This document shows positions 1-14,611 of a stretch of DNA of 64,000 nt, in pieces. Within the stretch, counting starts at the first letter, position 1, and each line of letters begins with the position of its first letter. The position numbers and the translations under genes are program-made. This DNA is from the human T2T-CHM13v2.0 reference genome, Homo sapiens. Under the pieces are notes generated by a model, which had not been told where the DNA came from, searched no databases, and saw only the letters and a program-made list of their open reading frames with translations. The stretch covers positions 30,144,001 through 30,208,000 of the forward strand of contig CP068257.2 in the NCBI GenBank assembly GCA_009914755.4, given 5' to 3'.

Positions 1-189
1 ACAAATAAACCACCTCTAGGAAAACTTGCCTTTTCCCATAGCACCTCTGTCTAACTGGAAGACCCTTCCCAGTCTGGCAGCTCTGGCCTTGTAACATCAG
101 CCAATGCTAGTATTACATTGTGCCAGGAACTGTCTTACGTGCTCTATGTCGTATTGCCATATTCAGTCCTAACAACTCTACAAGACAGG

Positions 190-290
190 CATTATTATTA
201 TCCACATTTTATACATGAGGAAGCTGAGGCCCAGAGAGGTGAAGTCACCAATCCGAGTTAACGTGGTTAGTTCATGGCAGAGAGAGTATT
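190..290 (-). mobile_element. MIR SINE fragment
   Basis: Matches the reverse complement of the MIR core (…attattatccacattttatacatgaggaagctgaggcccagagaggtgaagtcacc…). Confidence 0.45.
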
Positions 291-610
291 GGAACCTATA
301 TGGCCTGATGGAAGAGTAGGAATATTGCTGATTTTTTTCCCTCTAGCTTTCCCTTCCTCTCTGGCTTTGCCTTTCCTCTTACTATTTCATGCACATTCCC
401 ACCTTTCCCACCCATACTCGCACGTGCCTGGTTCTCTTTGATCAGAATGGTCTTTCTCAAGTATATGCCACAAAACATCACAACCACAAGATCCTCCGTT
501 TAAAAAATGGGAGTGCCACAGTCAGATAAATGGAGCAAACATTGAAAAGTAAAACCCACTCTCAGAAAATTACAATGGTCATCAGCGATTAGATCTTCTA
601 AGATGTTCTA

Positions 611-735
611 AGAATCACTTGAGCCTAGGAGTTAGAGGCTGCAATAAGCTATGATTGCACCACTGTACTCCAGCTTGGGTGACAGAGTGAGATCCTGTTT
701 CAGAAAACAAACAAAAAAACAAAACAAAAGAAAAA
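611..735 (+). mobile_element. Alu fragment (right-arm 3' end with A-rich tail)
   Basis: gaatcacttgagcctaggagttagaggctgcaataagctatgattgcaccactgtactccagcttgggtgacagagtgagatcctgtttc followed by A-rich tail. Confidence 0.7.
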
Positions 736-745
736 GGCATGCAGA

Positions 746-748
<3 letters not shown>

Positions 749-796
<48 letters not shown>
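749..796. repeat. (CA)n microsatellite, about 24 units
   Basis: Uninterrupted acacac run read directly. Confidence 0.95.
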
Positions 797-800
<4 letters not shown>

Positions 801-905
801 ATGTGAGGAAAAGATTTTGGATTGGTGAAATATTGAATATTGTGCTCTATTTGCTCTCCCCCCTCCTTGGATTTCTAATGTGAGGGGAAAAAATCTTCCT
901 TCTCG

Positions 906-1356
906 TGATGGTTAATATTGAATGTCAACTTGACTGGATTGAAGGATGGAAAGTATTATTCCTGGGTGTGTCTGTGAGGGTGTTGTCAAAGGAGATCAAC
1001 ATTTGAGTCAGTGGACTGGGAAAGGCAGACCCACTCTTAATCTGGGTGGGCACAATCTACTCAGCTGCCAGCATGGCTGGAATAAAAGCAGGCAGAAGAA
1101 TGTGGGGAGACTAGGCTTGCTGAGTCTTCTGGCCTCCATCTTTCTCCCATGCTGGATGCTTCCTGCCCTCAAACATCAGGCTCCAGGTGCTTCAGTTTTG
1201 GGACTAGGACTGGCTTTCTTGCTCTTTAGCTTGCAGGCAGCCTATTGTGGGGCCTCATCTTGTGATCAAGTGAGTCAATGCTCCTGAATAAACTCCCCTT
1301 TTATATATACATTTAACCTATTAGTTCTGTCCCTCTAGAGAACCCTGACTAATACA
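906..1356 (+). mobile_element. ERVL-MaLR-type solo LTR (family name uncertain; begins TGATGGTTAAT…, ends …CTGACTAATACA)
   Basis: Characteristic ancient mammalian LTR motifs (gtcaacttgactggattgaaggatg…, aatctgggtgggcacaatctactcagctgccagcatggctggaataaaagcaggcagaagaatgtgg…, taaactcccc…ttagttctgtccctctagagaaccctgactaatacA). ORF 946-1287 lies entirely inside it. Confidence 0.5.
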
Positions 1357-1468
1357 CTTCTTCAACTTCATTTCTTTATACCCTCTAAGATTTTCCTATG
1401 TCTACCAAATTTATGCTCAGTGCAAAAATATAATTCATTCCTCTGTTCTTATTCCTTGTATTCATCTT

Positions 1469-1922
1469 CTATTGCCACTGTAACAAATTACCACAAATGT
1501 TGTGGCTTAAAACAATACCAATTTATTATCTGACAATTCTGGAGGCCAGAAGTCTGACACAGGCCTCCAGGGGCTAAAATCAAAGGGTCGGCTGGCCTGT
1601 GTTCCTTCCAGGAGGTTCCAGGAGAGGCTCTGCTTCTTTGCTTTTTCCAGTGTCTGGAGGCCTCCTGGGGACCTTGGCTCCTGGCCCGTTTCTCTGGTTT
1701 CAAAGCCAGCAATGACCAGTCAATTCCTGATGCTGCCATCTTTCTTTAAAAACTCATGGGATTAGCTTGGGCCACCTGGATAATCTGGGATAATCTCCCC
1801 ATCTTAACATCCTTCACTTAATCACGTCTGCAAAATCCCATTTGCAGTGTAAGGGAAAATATTCACAGGCTCTGAGGATTAGGGCATCCGTATTTTTGGA
1901 GCCATTAGTCTGCTTACCACAG
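1469..1922 (+). mobile_element. MLT1-type (MaLR) LTR
   Basis: ctattgccactgtaacaaattaccacaaa…tggcttaaaacaa…ttctggaggccagaagtc…ggctaaaatcaa…ggccacctggataatctgggataatctccccatc…ttctgcttaccacag consensus-like blocks. Confidence 0.5.
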
Positions 1923-2070
1923 TGCCCCAACTTTCAGGAAGACTTTGAGGAGTGAGCAGAAGTCATTGTGTGACCAGGGAACATAATTCGGTGCAGAGTC
2001 AGCTGTGTTCCTCAAGCTCACTATGAGACTCTGAAAGTCCTAAGTCCAAGGAAATCCATGGGGAGTGTCG

Positions 2071-2432
2071 GTGATCTGGTTTGGCTCTGTGTTCCCACCC
2101 AGATCTCACCCTGAATTGTAACAATCCCTACGTGTCATGGGAGGGACCTGGTGGGAGGTAATTGAATCATGGGCGTGGGTCTTTCCCATGCTGTTCTCAT
2201 GATGGTGAATAAGTCTCATGAGATCTGATGGTTTTATAAAAGGGCAATTCCCCTGCACACACCTTCTTGCCTGCTGCCACGTAAGATGTGCCTTTGCTTC
2301 CCCTCTGCCTTCTGCCATGATTGCGAGGCCTCCCCAGCCATGTGGAACTGTGAGTCCATTAAATCTCTTTCCTTTATAAATTACCCAGTCTCGGGTATGT
2401 CCTTATTAGCAGCGTGAGAACAGACTAATACA
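2071..2432 (+). mobile_element. THE1/MST-family (ERVL-MaLR) solo LTR
   Basis: gtgatctggtttggctctgtgttcccacccagatctca…gtgggaggtaattgaatcatgg…tcatgagatctgatggttttataaaagg…gccatgtggaactgtgagtccattaaatctctttcctttataaattacccagtctcgggtatgtccttattagcagcgtgagaacagactaatacag. Confidence 0.8.
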
Positions 2433-3955
2433 GTTGGAAAGGAGAATTTTGGAGGAGCCGTGTTCTTCTTGTCTTGGTTTGTGGATGTCTCATTAAGTAT
2501 GGGAGGGTTTGTTCTTTTAGCAGAAATGTTGGTCTGTACTTTCAAAGTATTTGTGTTGCTTGGAAATTTGTATTGTTAACTTGTTAAGTAGGAAATTTGC
2601 TTAGTTAACTGTTACTGAGTGGGGCAGACCGAAAGTGTCTGGGCAGAGGCAGTTCCCTGGTGGATGCTAAGGAAGGGCCTGTATTTGGGGCTGGCCAGAA
2701 TGCTAAAGGATAGGGCAGGGTAGTCTGTGGTCAATGCCAGCAGATGAGTCATGGAGTATGATACGGGGATTGGCATATCTGATGGGCGTGAAGAGGATGG
2801 CCACTGGGAGCACCGAGTACCCAGCAGGTGGGCAGTCAGGCAGCAGGCCACAGGGAAGCCTGTGGAGAAGGACTCTGGTCCTTAAGACAAAGGGGAGTAA
2901 ACCAAGATAGCACCCAAGACCTACAGGGATGTTGCTATAAGGCCCTTGGCTGAGACACGAACTCGGGCACAGAGAACACAGCAGCAGCCCGTTTATCAAA
3001 CTGGGATCCAGGGGGGATTGTGGCAGTGTTCCCCAATGGTGGGTCTGCTGGGTTACAGATAGTTCAATTCTGCATTGTGTGGCTATTTCCTGAATATTGC
3101 AGGATGTTTGGTATCCCTGGTTCCCACCCACCAAATGCTGGTAGCCACCCTAAGTCATTTTATCAATCATTTTGGGATAGTGCTCTAAGACATTTTCAAA
3201 TGTCCCCTTAGGGGGTGGTAATTTGCTCCCAGGTGATACTGAAATATGACCAGCCTAAGGTTGGAATGGATCCCAGGACTAGGGGCAGCTATGAGCCTGG
3301 GGAATAACCCGCCAGCCCTAGGAGTGAGCAGATGTGTATATAGAGGTAGGCCTCATAAGTACGAGAGACGCTGTTGTTGTTTTGTTGTTGATACAATGGA
3401 ACTTATTTTTCAAGGCCTTTTGTAGTAATTTATGCCCTGGCTCCTCCATTCTCTCAGCCATCTTCCTTTTTTCCCTTCCTACTTGCAATGTTATTATTTT
3501 TTCTTTTCCATGCTGACTACCCTAGCTGTTGACTACCCTACCCTTGTTGTGTCTGTGGATGGTTGTAAGAGGTCCGTAAATGACTATTCTTTATCCTGTC
3601 CCTTCGTTGCATCAGCTGCTCTCCCTTTGCCTTCTGGAACATTCTTTCAAGCTCAGATCTGATCATTGTTGCCCAGTTAATGAGTCTTTTGGGGTCCCTA
3701 CTGCCAGCCCAGTGAAGGCCAAACTTGGCTGGCACTGAAGACCCTTAGCCGGTCTTGCTGGGTGGTCTTCCAGCTTTATGTCCCAGCTCTAGAATCTACG
3801 ATTCTTTTGGTTTCAAGGTCTTCATTCCCCCTGGCACACCCTTGGCCATTTGCTTCCACAACCTCTACATCATCAACGACCTACCCCATCTTTCCCTTTA
3901 TGCATCTCCATCTTTTAAGGACTGATTCAAATGCCACCCTATCCATGAACAGTAA

Positions 3956-4285
<330 letters not shown>

Positions 4286-4548
4286 TCAAAACTTTTTAAA
4301 AAGTATTAAATTACTGATTTTATGTGGTGTTCCTATGAACAGACATTATAAAGGTTTAGATGCTTCTCACCTTCTTTTAGCCATGAAATGGCATCCATGT
4401 TGATGCAAGGACCATATCTAGATTTGGGTAGTTAGTGGTGGAAAAAAGTAAGTCTTAAACATGAAACCGCTTGGTTTCTCTCTCTCAATGTTGTTTTCTT
4501 CAAAAATAAAATATTGAGTTTTCTAATATGAAGGTGGTATTTTTTTCT

Positions 4549-4902
<354 letters not shown>

Positions 4903-5408
4903 TAAAATTGTTGCTCATTATGTAAGATATCTACCCCAAGAGCATTTTACAAAAGTTAAAGAGAAGTCTGATTCAATCTTTCATACTGTTGAGCTGGAAA
5001 ATCTCGAGTAATAGATAAATCCACTCTGAACAGCAGAGGGCTCTTATGTACACAAAAAAGTCTGACTGCTTTTAAAGAGCATCAGCACAGGTGTGTGAAT
5101 CATATGTTCTCATCTGTGTGCCTCTACAGGTACGAGTGTCAACAGGTGTAATGACTGCTCACGGCCACCATCACTCATACCTTTCTATTTCCCAGTGTTG
5201 TTAGAAAGAGCAAAATGAGACAGCCTGTGGGAAAGTATTGTAGCAACTTTAAACCGAGATGCAAATGGGAAATATTATTATTAATCAGTAAAACTACAGA
5301 AGTAATAATTTCACAAGATTGCTGTAAGATGAATGAGCTAAGGCACACAGAGGTGTCTGTAAGCTGTAAGCTGCTGCACAAATGCTTATTTATTTTATTA
5401 TTTTTTTA

Positions 5409-5497
5409 ACTGCAGCCTCAAACTCTTGGGCTCGAGTGATTTTCCCACCTCAGCCTCCCAAGTAGCTGGAACCACAGGCACGTGCCACCACACCTGG
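5409..5497 (-). mobile_element. Alu fragment (partial)
   Basis: ctgcagcctcaaactcttgggctcgagtgattttcccacctcagcctcccaagtagctggaaccacaggcacgtgccaccacacctgg. Confidence 0.7.
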
Positions 5498-6601
5498 TAC
5501 AAATGCTTGTTGTTTGTTGCCTGCTTGCAAGGGGCTCTCAGCTCTGTGTTTCCAGGCCTGGGCTCTCTCTAGAATTCCAGAGCTGCATCTATAATGTTCT
5601 GCTTGGAATCCCTTCTTAATGCCTAATAGGCATCTCAAAATTAATGGAGCTGAAGCTGAACTCTTGATCCACTCCCTACCCCACTTCAAAAAGAAAAAAA
5701 AAATCAATTAGTCCATCCCCAGTCTTCCCCATCTCTGTCAATGGCACCCAGCTGCTCAGGACACACATCAAATTTTTAATTCTGCTGTTTTTCTCATTTT
5801 GCTGAATCCAGAGTAGGTCTTGCCCACTCTCATTCTGAGGCACATCTCAACTCTGCCCTCCCTCTCCGTCCTCTGTGCTTCCAGCTAGCACGAGGCCCCA
5901 CAGTTGCTCATCTGGACTCCTGCCAAGAGCCTACTAATGGTTCTCTCTTCCTCCTCCAATCCATTCCTCAAACGCAGCAGGGTGTTCTTCCAAAACAAAT
6001 CACATCATGCCACTCCCTTGCTTAAAACCCTCCCAAGTCTTCTCCATTGCACTTAAAATTAAAACCACCATCCTTTCCTTGGCTGAGAAGGTCCCACCTG
6101 GTCAAGACCCTTCCTACATTTGCAGACTCATCTCCCACCATGCTCTGTCCTCTACCCCACTCCAGCCCCTCTGTCCATGCTGTGGACACAGCAGGCATGG
6201 ATTCCTCATCTTTTCGTGGCTGATTTCTTTGATGCATCCCATTCTTGGCTTAAATATCACCTCCTCAGATAGGTTCTCCCTCACCCACCAGTCTAAAGCA
6301 GTGACCCATTCTCTCTTTCTTCATTCACCCTACCTGGACTCTCTATGAAACATTTCCCAGTAGTTGGTATTACACACCAACCACATTATGTCCTTAATAA
6401 ACCATTTACTTTCATATTTCATCTAGTGACATAATTTCATTAATGAGATCATTGAGCTGGTGTACCATACCTCTTTGGGATTACAGAATACAAGAAATGA
6501 ATACAGAAAATGCTTTAAAAAATAAGCAATGACATGGGTTGTAATAGAAATAGCCACAACCTGTTAGTGTTCCCCCTCCACTCAGAGAATCAGTGACTTT
6601 A

Positions 6602-6917
<316 letters not shown>

Positions 6918-7960
6918 GAATATTGGGGAAAAAATCCACGCAAAATATGACTACAAATGAGTTATCCATCAACATCACCAGTGTCGAATCAGACTTCTTA
7001 CTTTAGGAATATCCCTGACTTATTTTGTGTGCTCTTCCCTCCAGTTATCATCAAATATTTATCGAGCATCTACTCTACCAAATGCAGAGGAAATCATGAG
7101 AAATAACAGCAGCCCACTAGGACCACTTCCCCTGAACCTTTTTTTCTCCCCTCTCCATCACTCCCCTCTTCCTTGTGTGAAAACATAATTTGTGAATACA
7201 TAGAATGTTCTAAGCCTGTTCCTAAATGCATGTTTTGCTTATTTGGGGGAGGCAGCAGCAATTACTAGGCAGTTGAATCAATTATGATAATGATTTGAAG
7301 TGACTATTTTAACTAATACATGGTCTTGGGGAAGTGCTATATTCACCTTTTAAAAAGTGAATCCACTGTAGTCTTGGAAAAATTAACCAAGTCTGTACAT
7401 GCCAATGGCAGTCTCTTGGAAAATCTGCAAGGCAAATAACCCACATGTTTGGGACCCGCTCACCTTCAGACATCCTCTTCCTGACCCAGATGTGTCTGCC
7501 TTCTGGTAAGCCCCTCCAACTGTAAAATCCCCTCCACCCCCACCCCCGAAACTATCCTTCTTCAGAGGCTTCTCCTCCAGTGCCATGTCTCCCTTTCCAT
7601 CTTCAATGAAAACTCCTATGTATTTGCAGTAATGTTTGATTAAGGTCATTTATACACATGTGTGAATGACTGATAGTCTTAACTCACCAGGTTATACTTT
7701 TTCTTTGAAAGAGAACTTTAACGAAACTCTAATTCGGAAAAAGCTATTAGCAAAATATTTTAGAGCAAGGTATTGGGAGCCTCTCTTTATGAGCCGTATT
7801 ACCTTGGGCAAGTGACATAACCTCTCTGTGCTTCATTTTCTTACGTGTAAATGGGGATTGTAAAACTCATAAGATTGCTGTCAGGATTAAATTAATGTAT
7901 GTAAAGCACTTAGAATAGAGCTCGGCACAGAGAAATGCTACATATATATTAGCTATTACT

Positions 7961-10250
7961 GCCACTGCCACCACCACCATCACCACCACCACCACCACCA
8001 TCACCATCATCATCATAATCACAGCCACCACCACCATCATCACCACCACCACCACCACCATCACCATCACCACCATCACCGCCACCACCATCACCATCAT
8101 CATCATAATCACAGCCACCACCACCATCATCATCACCACCACCACCACCACCACCACCATCACCACCATCACCATCACCACCATCACCGCCACCACCATC
8201 ACCACCATCATCACCACCACCATCATCACCATCATCACCATTATCACCATCACCACCACCACCACCATCACCATCATTAGCAGCTATTTAATCACCACCA
8301 CCACCACCACCATCACCGCCACCACCATCACCACCATCATCACCACCACCATCAACACCATCATCACCATTATCACCATCACCACCACTACCACCATCAC
8401 CATCATTAGCAGCTATTTAATCACCACCACCACCACCACCAACACCAACATCACCACTATCCCCATCACCACCACCACCATCATCATCACTGACTACCAC
8501 CATCACCACCATTATTATCATCACCACCACCACCATCATCATCATTACCAACTATTACCATCACTACCACCACCATCATCATGACCACCATCATCATCAT
8601 CACCAACTACCACCATCACCACCACCACCATCATGAACCCCCACTACCATCACCACCACCACCATCATCAACCCCCACTACCACCACCACCACCACCATC
8701 AACCCCCACTACCATCACCACCACCACCATCATCAACCCCCACTACCACCACCACCACCACCATCAACCCCCACTGCCATCACCACCACCACCATCATCA
8801 TCACTGACTACCACCATCACCACCGCTATTATTATCATCACCACCACCACCATCATCATTACCAACTATTACCATCACCACCACCATCATCATGACCACC
8901 ATCATCATCATCACCAACTACCACCATCACCACCACCATCATCACCCCCCACTACCACCACCACCACCACCACCATCAACCCCCACTACCATCACCATGA
9001 CCACCATCATCACCCCCCACTACCATCACCACCACCACCATCATCACCCACTACCATCACCACCACCACCATCATCACCCCCCACTACCACCACCACCAC
9101 CACCACCACCACCATCAACCCCCACTACCACCACCACCACCATCATCAACCCCCACTACCATCACCACCACCATCATCAACCGCCACTACCACCACCACC
9201 ACCACCATCATCAACCCCCACTACCATCACCACCACCATCATCAACCCCCACTACCATCACCACCACCACCATCATCAACCCCCACTACCACTACCACCA
9301 CCACCATCATCAACCCCCACTACCATCACCACCACCACCATCATCAACCCCCACTACCATCACCACCACCACCATCATCATCACTGACTACCACTATCAC
9401 CACCACCACCACCACCACCACCATCACCACCACCACCATCACCACCACCGCCATCATCATCACCACCACCACCACCACCACCATCACCACCATCACCACC
9501 ACCACCACCACCATCACCACCACCATCATCACCATCACCACCACCACTGTCATCACCACCACCACCATCACCACCATCACCACCACCATCACCACCACCA
9601 CCATCACCACCACCACCACCACCATCACCATCACCACCACCACCATCATCATCACTGACTACTACCATCACCACCACCACCACCATCATCACCACCACCA
9701 TCATCATCACCATCCCTGCCACCACCATTATCACCCCCCAACTACCACCACCACCACCACCACCACTACCACCACCACTACCACCACTGTATTAGTCCAT
9801 TCTCATGCTGCTAATTAAGACATACCCGAGACTGGGCAATTTACAAAGGAAAGAGGTTTAATCGATTCATAATCCAGCATGGCTGGGGAGGCCTCAGGAA
9901 ACTTACAATCATGGTGGAGGGGAAGCAAACACATCCTTCTTCACATGGTGGCAGGAAGAATTGCCGAGCAAAGGGGGAAAAGCCCCTTATAAAACCATCA
10001 GATCTCGTGAAAATTCACTCATTATCACGAGAACAGCAGCATGGGGGTGACTGCCCCCATGATTCAATTACCTCCCACCAGGTCCCTCCCACGACATATG
10101 GGGATTATGGGAACTACAATTCAAGATGAGATTTCGGTTGGGACACAAATCCAAATTGTACTAACCACTATCATCACCCCCCACTACCACCACCACCACC
10201 ACCACCATCATCATCATTACCATCATCACCACCACTACCACCATCATCGT
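7961..10250. repeat. Complex CAC/CAT/CCA-rich minisatellite (VNTR-like), about 2.2 kb, interrupted by a THE1B LTR
   Basis: Near-continuous cac/cat/cca/acc triplet-like repeats with nested periodicities: about 130-bp unit (8150-8410, marker catcattagcagctatttaatcacc x2); about 320-bp unit (8470-8790 vs 8790-9110, marker catcatcatcactgactacc…ccaactattaccatcac); 30-36-bp unit …caacccccactacc… about 18 copies (8637-8790, 8946-9360). The array resumes at 10163-10250 beyond the LTR. Confidence 0.9.
9790..10162 (-). mobile_element. THE1B-like (ERVL-MaLR) solo LTR inserted into the minisatellite
   Basis: tgtattagtccattctcatgctgctaat…ggctggggaggcctcaggaaacttacaatcatggtggaggggaag…ataaaaccatcagatctcgtgaaaattcactcattatcacgagaacagcagcatggg…tgattcaattacctcccaccaggtccctcccacgacatatggggattatgggaactacaattcaagatgagatttcggttgggacac is the reverse complement of the THE1B consensus. 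Confidence 0.85.
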
Positions 10251-11636
10251 CAAAGCTTCTTTTCTCCATTACTTCAGAAGGTCTTGGGGCAGCGGCTTTA
10301 TTTTCCCCTTTCCTTCGGTAAATTCAGTCTTGTGTGTCTGCTGCTTATTAACATCTCCACCAGGGGGCAGGCTGTGGAAGAAAAAGGTTCAATGCAAGAC
10401 TTTACTCTGTCCTTGAATTTCGGAGCTGCCAGTGTATGAATTCTTCCAGACTCTCCCTGACAGAAACCATCTTTATATATCTGCTAAGCAGTTCTATTTT
10501 TTAATTTCTCTATCACAAAGAGTTCCTCTTGTTCCGTGAAATATGTATGGTTTTGAATATTTGAACCCGATGTTTTCCTCTTTGCTCTAACTTCTGAAAT
10601 GTTTTGCCAAATGTGGGAAAGTGGAGCTTGATATGAGTCAATTGCATTTTTTTTCCTGCCAAAAAGTGATTTCAATTTTCAGCTGCAGACATAGGCAAAA
10701 GGTGTCTAGGATAAGAGAGTTTACACTTCTGGGCCAGCAAACATGGTGGCATGCAGGCCACACTTCCCTCCTCTGTGCTCACAGATGGCATGGTTGATAG
10801 ATGATGGCAATCTTCCTCACTGAGTCCAAAGGCAGTTCTAGATACTTTCTCAACACACCACTTCAGTCAGCTTCTAGCGATCAATGGCACTTGAGATAAA
10901 ACCAACTTGGCATTTCTGAGATGTTCTACGTCACACTCCTTCCATCACTCTCCATTTGAAGCATAGTGTTTGGGTCAGGGCATTCTATTTTCAGAAGAAT
11001 ATTTGTGCAGTGATGCTTAATGAGGGCAGCTCTCCTCCCAGGGTGTGCAAATCTGTGGCCATTTCTTAGTAATCACAGCCAGTGGGGACACATCTGGCAC
11101 ATGGTAGGTGGGAGCCAGGATTGCTTATTCACCCTGTGAGGTGTGAGGTTTTCCCTCATGATGAAAACTTCTCTCCCAGCCTGTGCTAGTTTTGAGTATC
11201 TTGTTGGTCATGTATATAGGTGAAAAACCTGTTGATAATAATCTAATGCCAGACCTGAACTCTATTTTGTATCTAACACACATTATTTTCCTGTGCTTTT
11301 AATACACACAGAATTTCCCAGTTGTATAACTATCACATAAATTGAAATCTATCCCTCTGTTTTGCAGAAACTTCCCCAAGAGTTGCTTACCATTTCTGAA
11401 AATTGCCTCACCAATGACAGCGCTGCCCCTGGGATCTGAGTTGCCAAAGCAGCACACTGGGTTCAGCATGCACGGGTAGTGGTCCTGTTCACAGGGATTT
11501 TACATGCAAGGCACGCATCTGACTTCTTACTGACGTCTTCTATTGTAGTCACATTGTCATGGATGTGTGGTGGTCATGCTATTTATGGATTCTATTTCAG
11601 ACAACAATAAAATAGGTGGTTCCAATATTTGGTCTA

Positions 11637-11969
<333 letters not shown>

Positions 11970-12096
11970 CTAGATAGAGACAAAGGGTTGCTTTTCTTAT
12001 CTCTGTTGAAGAAGGGGGTGCAGGCATTATATGCTGGCCTTCGTGTAAAATGCTAAGCTGGGGGGTGGATGTGCATGAGTGAATGTGTGTGTTTAG

Positions 12097-12408
<312 letters not shown>

Positions 12409-12690
12409 CTAGCGTTTTTTTTTTTTTTTTTAATAGTGGTAACTGACTTAGGCTGACCCACTTCCACTCTTTCCAGATCCAAAAAATGCCAGAAGCACAG
12501 ATTTTGGGGAGACACATCATTTGGAAGAGGCATTGCCCTGGTTCATAATGGGCCATGTAAGATTCACTGATCTATGTGGGATCCAAGAAACCAATGGCCG
12601 ATCGTTTCTATCATGCTCTAAGAATTTTGGGTCTTCAAATCACTTTTAAGTTTATGACCTCTAAGAATAGATTTAGAAATGACATCTTAT

Positions 12691-12961
12691 GGCCGAGTAT
12701 GGTAGTTCATGCCTGTAATCACAGCACTTTGGAAGTCTGAGGTAGGGGGGACCTCTTGAAGCCGGGAGTTCAAGACCAGCTTGGGAAACATAGCAAGACC
12801 CCATCTCTAAAATTAAAAAAAAACAACTCACTGAACATGGTGGCACATGCCTGTAGTCCCAGCTACTTTGGAGGCTGAGACAAGAGGGAGGCTAAGGCAG
12901 GGGGACTGTTTGAGTCCAGGAGTTCAAGGCTACAGTGAACTATGATTGCAGCACTGCACCC
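12691..12961 (+). mobile_element. Alu (diverged, AluJ-like)
   Basis: ggccgagtatggtagttcatgcctgtaatcacagcactttggaagtctgaggtagg…ccaggagttcaaggctacagtgaactatgattgcagcactgcaccc. Confidence 0.85.
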
Positions 12962-13163
12962 TTAAGGGTATCAAAAAACAAGTCATCCCTTACGGTATCA
13001 AAAATCTGGAAACAGCATTCTTTTTTGATACAGCAACCTCCTAGGTATTTATTCTGAAAAAAATATTGGGAAAATGTGCAAAGATGGATAAACAGTTTGC
13101 ATTATCAGTAAAGAAACAGGAAGAAAAATCTAGCTGTTGAGCAATAGAGCACCGATTAAGTGA

Positions 13164-13891
<728 letters not shown>

Positions 13892-14125
13892 TAACATATT
13901 TAGTGATGATAGACTATGTGTATATTATTACTCAATTCAAAACTTTTATATATTTACATATAAAAAGTTCTGGAAGGACATTGATCAATGGCAAGGGGAG
14001 AAATTAAATGCCATTAAATTTCTGTTTCCAAAAAATTTTCATAATAGTTATGTATTAAGTATGTAATTTCAAAATTAATATATTTTCCCCCAAACATTTA
14101 AAATAAACAAACTTAGTCTATATGC

Positions 14126-14500
14126 TTGCTGTATTAATTTGCTAGGACAGCCTCCACAAAGTACCATAGACTGGGCAGCTTAACCAAGAGAAGATCATTT
14201 TCTTATGCTTCTGGAGGCCGAAAGTCAGAGCTCAAGGTGTCAGCATGGCTGGTTTCTTCTGAGGCTTCTCTGTTTGGCTGTAGATGGCTGTCTTCCTCAT
14301 GTGTCTTAACACTGTCTTCCTCCTGTGTGTTCCAATCTGTTCCTAAAATGACAACTGTAACTTTGGATTAGGCCCCCCCGCCGATGACCTGATGATTTAA
14401 CTTAATGATTGTTTAAGACTCTATGTCCAAGTCCAGTTACCTTTGGAGGTACTCGGGGTTAGGACCTACACATATGAATTTTAGGGAGGACTCAATTCTG
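14126..14500 (+). mobile_element. MaLR/MLT1-like LTR fragment (weak)
   Basis: tgctgtattaatttgctaggacagcctccacaaagtaccatagactgggcagcttaaccaagagaag…cttctggaggccgaaagtcagagctcaaggtgtcagcatggctggtttcttctgaggc… and …gggttaggacctacacatatgaattttagggaggactcaattctgccc. Confidence 0.35.
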
Positions 14501-14611
14501 CCCCTACTCTTGCCTTCTAAATAAAATATGGAAGCCTTGTAGTTTTCATAGGAAACACCTTCTGTTAATAAATATTAGCATGACATGATCATACTAATAA
14601 TTATTTTATAG

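Noticed and set aside
946-1287. 113-aa ORF in apparently unique sequence near the start of the window
   Set aside because: It is contained in a recognisable ancient ERVL-MaLR-type LTR (906-1356). It shows Leu/Ser/Gly-rich low-complexity translation. There is no support as an exon.
8581-9818. Very long plus-strand ORFs (104, 341 and 308 aa) encoding poly-His/Pro/Thr 'proteins', and minus-strand poly-Val/Met ORFs (7867-8277, 9344-9734)
   Set aside because: They lie wholly inside the CAC/CAT/CCA minisatellite. The repeat units contain no stop codons in several frames, and the unit length is not a multiple of 3, so the apparent protein periodicity is a frame-rotation artefact. There are no start or splice context features. 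They are not genes.
7961-10250. Possibility that the periodic array is a CRISPR array or satellite with spacers
   Set aside because: This is a eukaryotic (human) sequence. The 'spacers' between repeat motifs are themselves the same triplet repeats, not unique sequences. No cas-like ORFs exist anywhere in the window.
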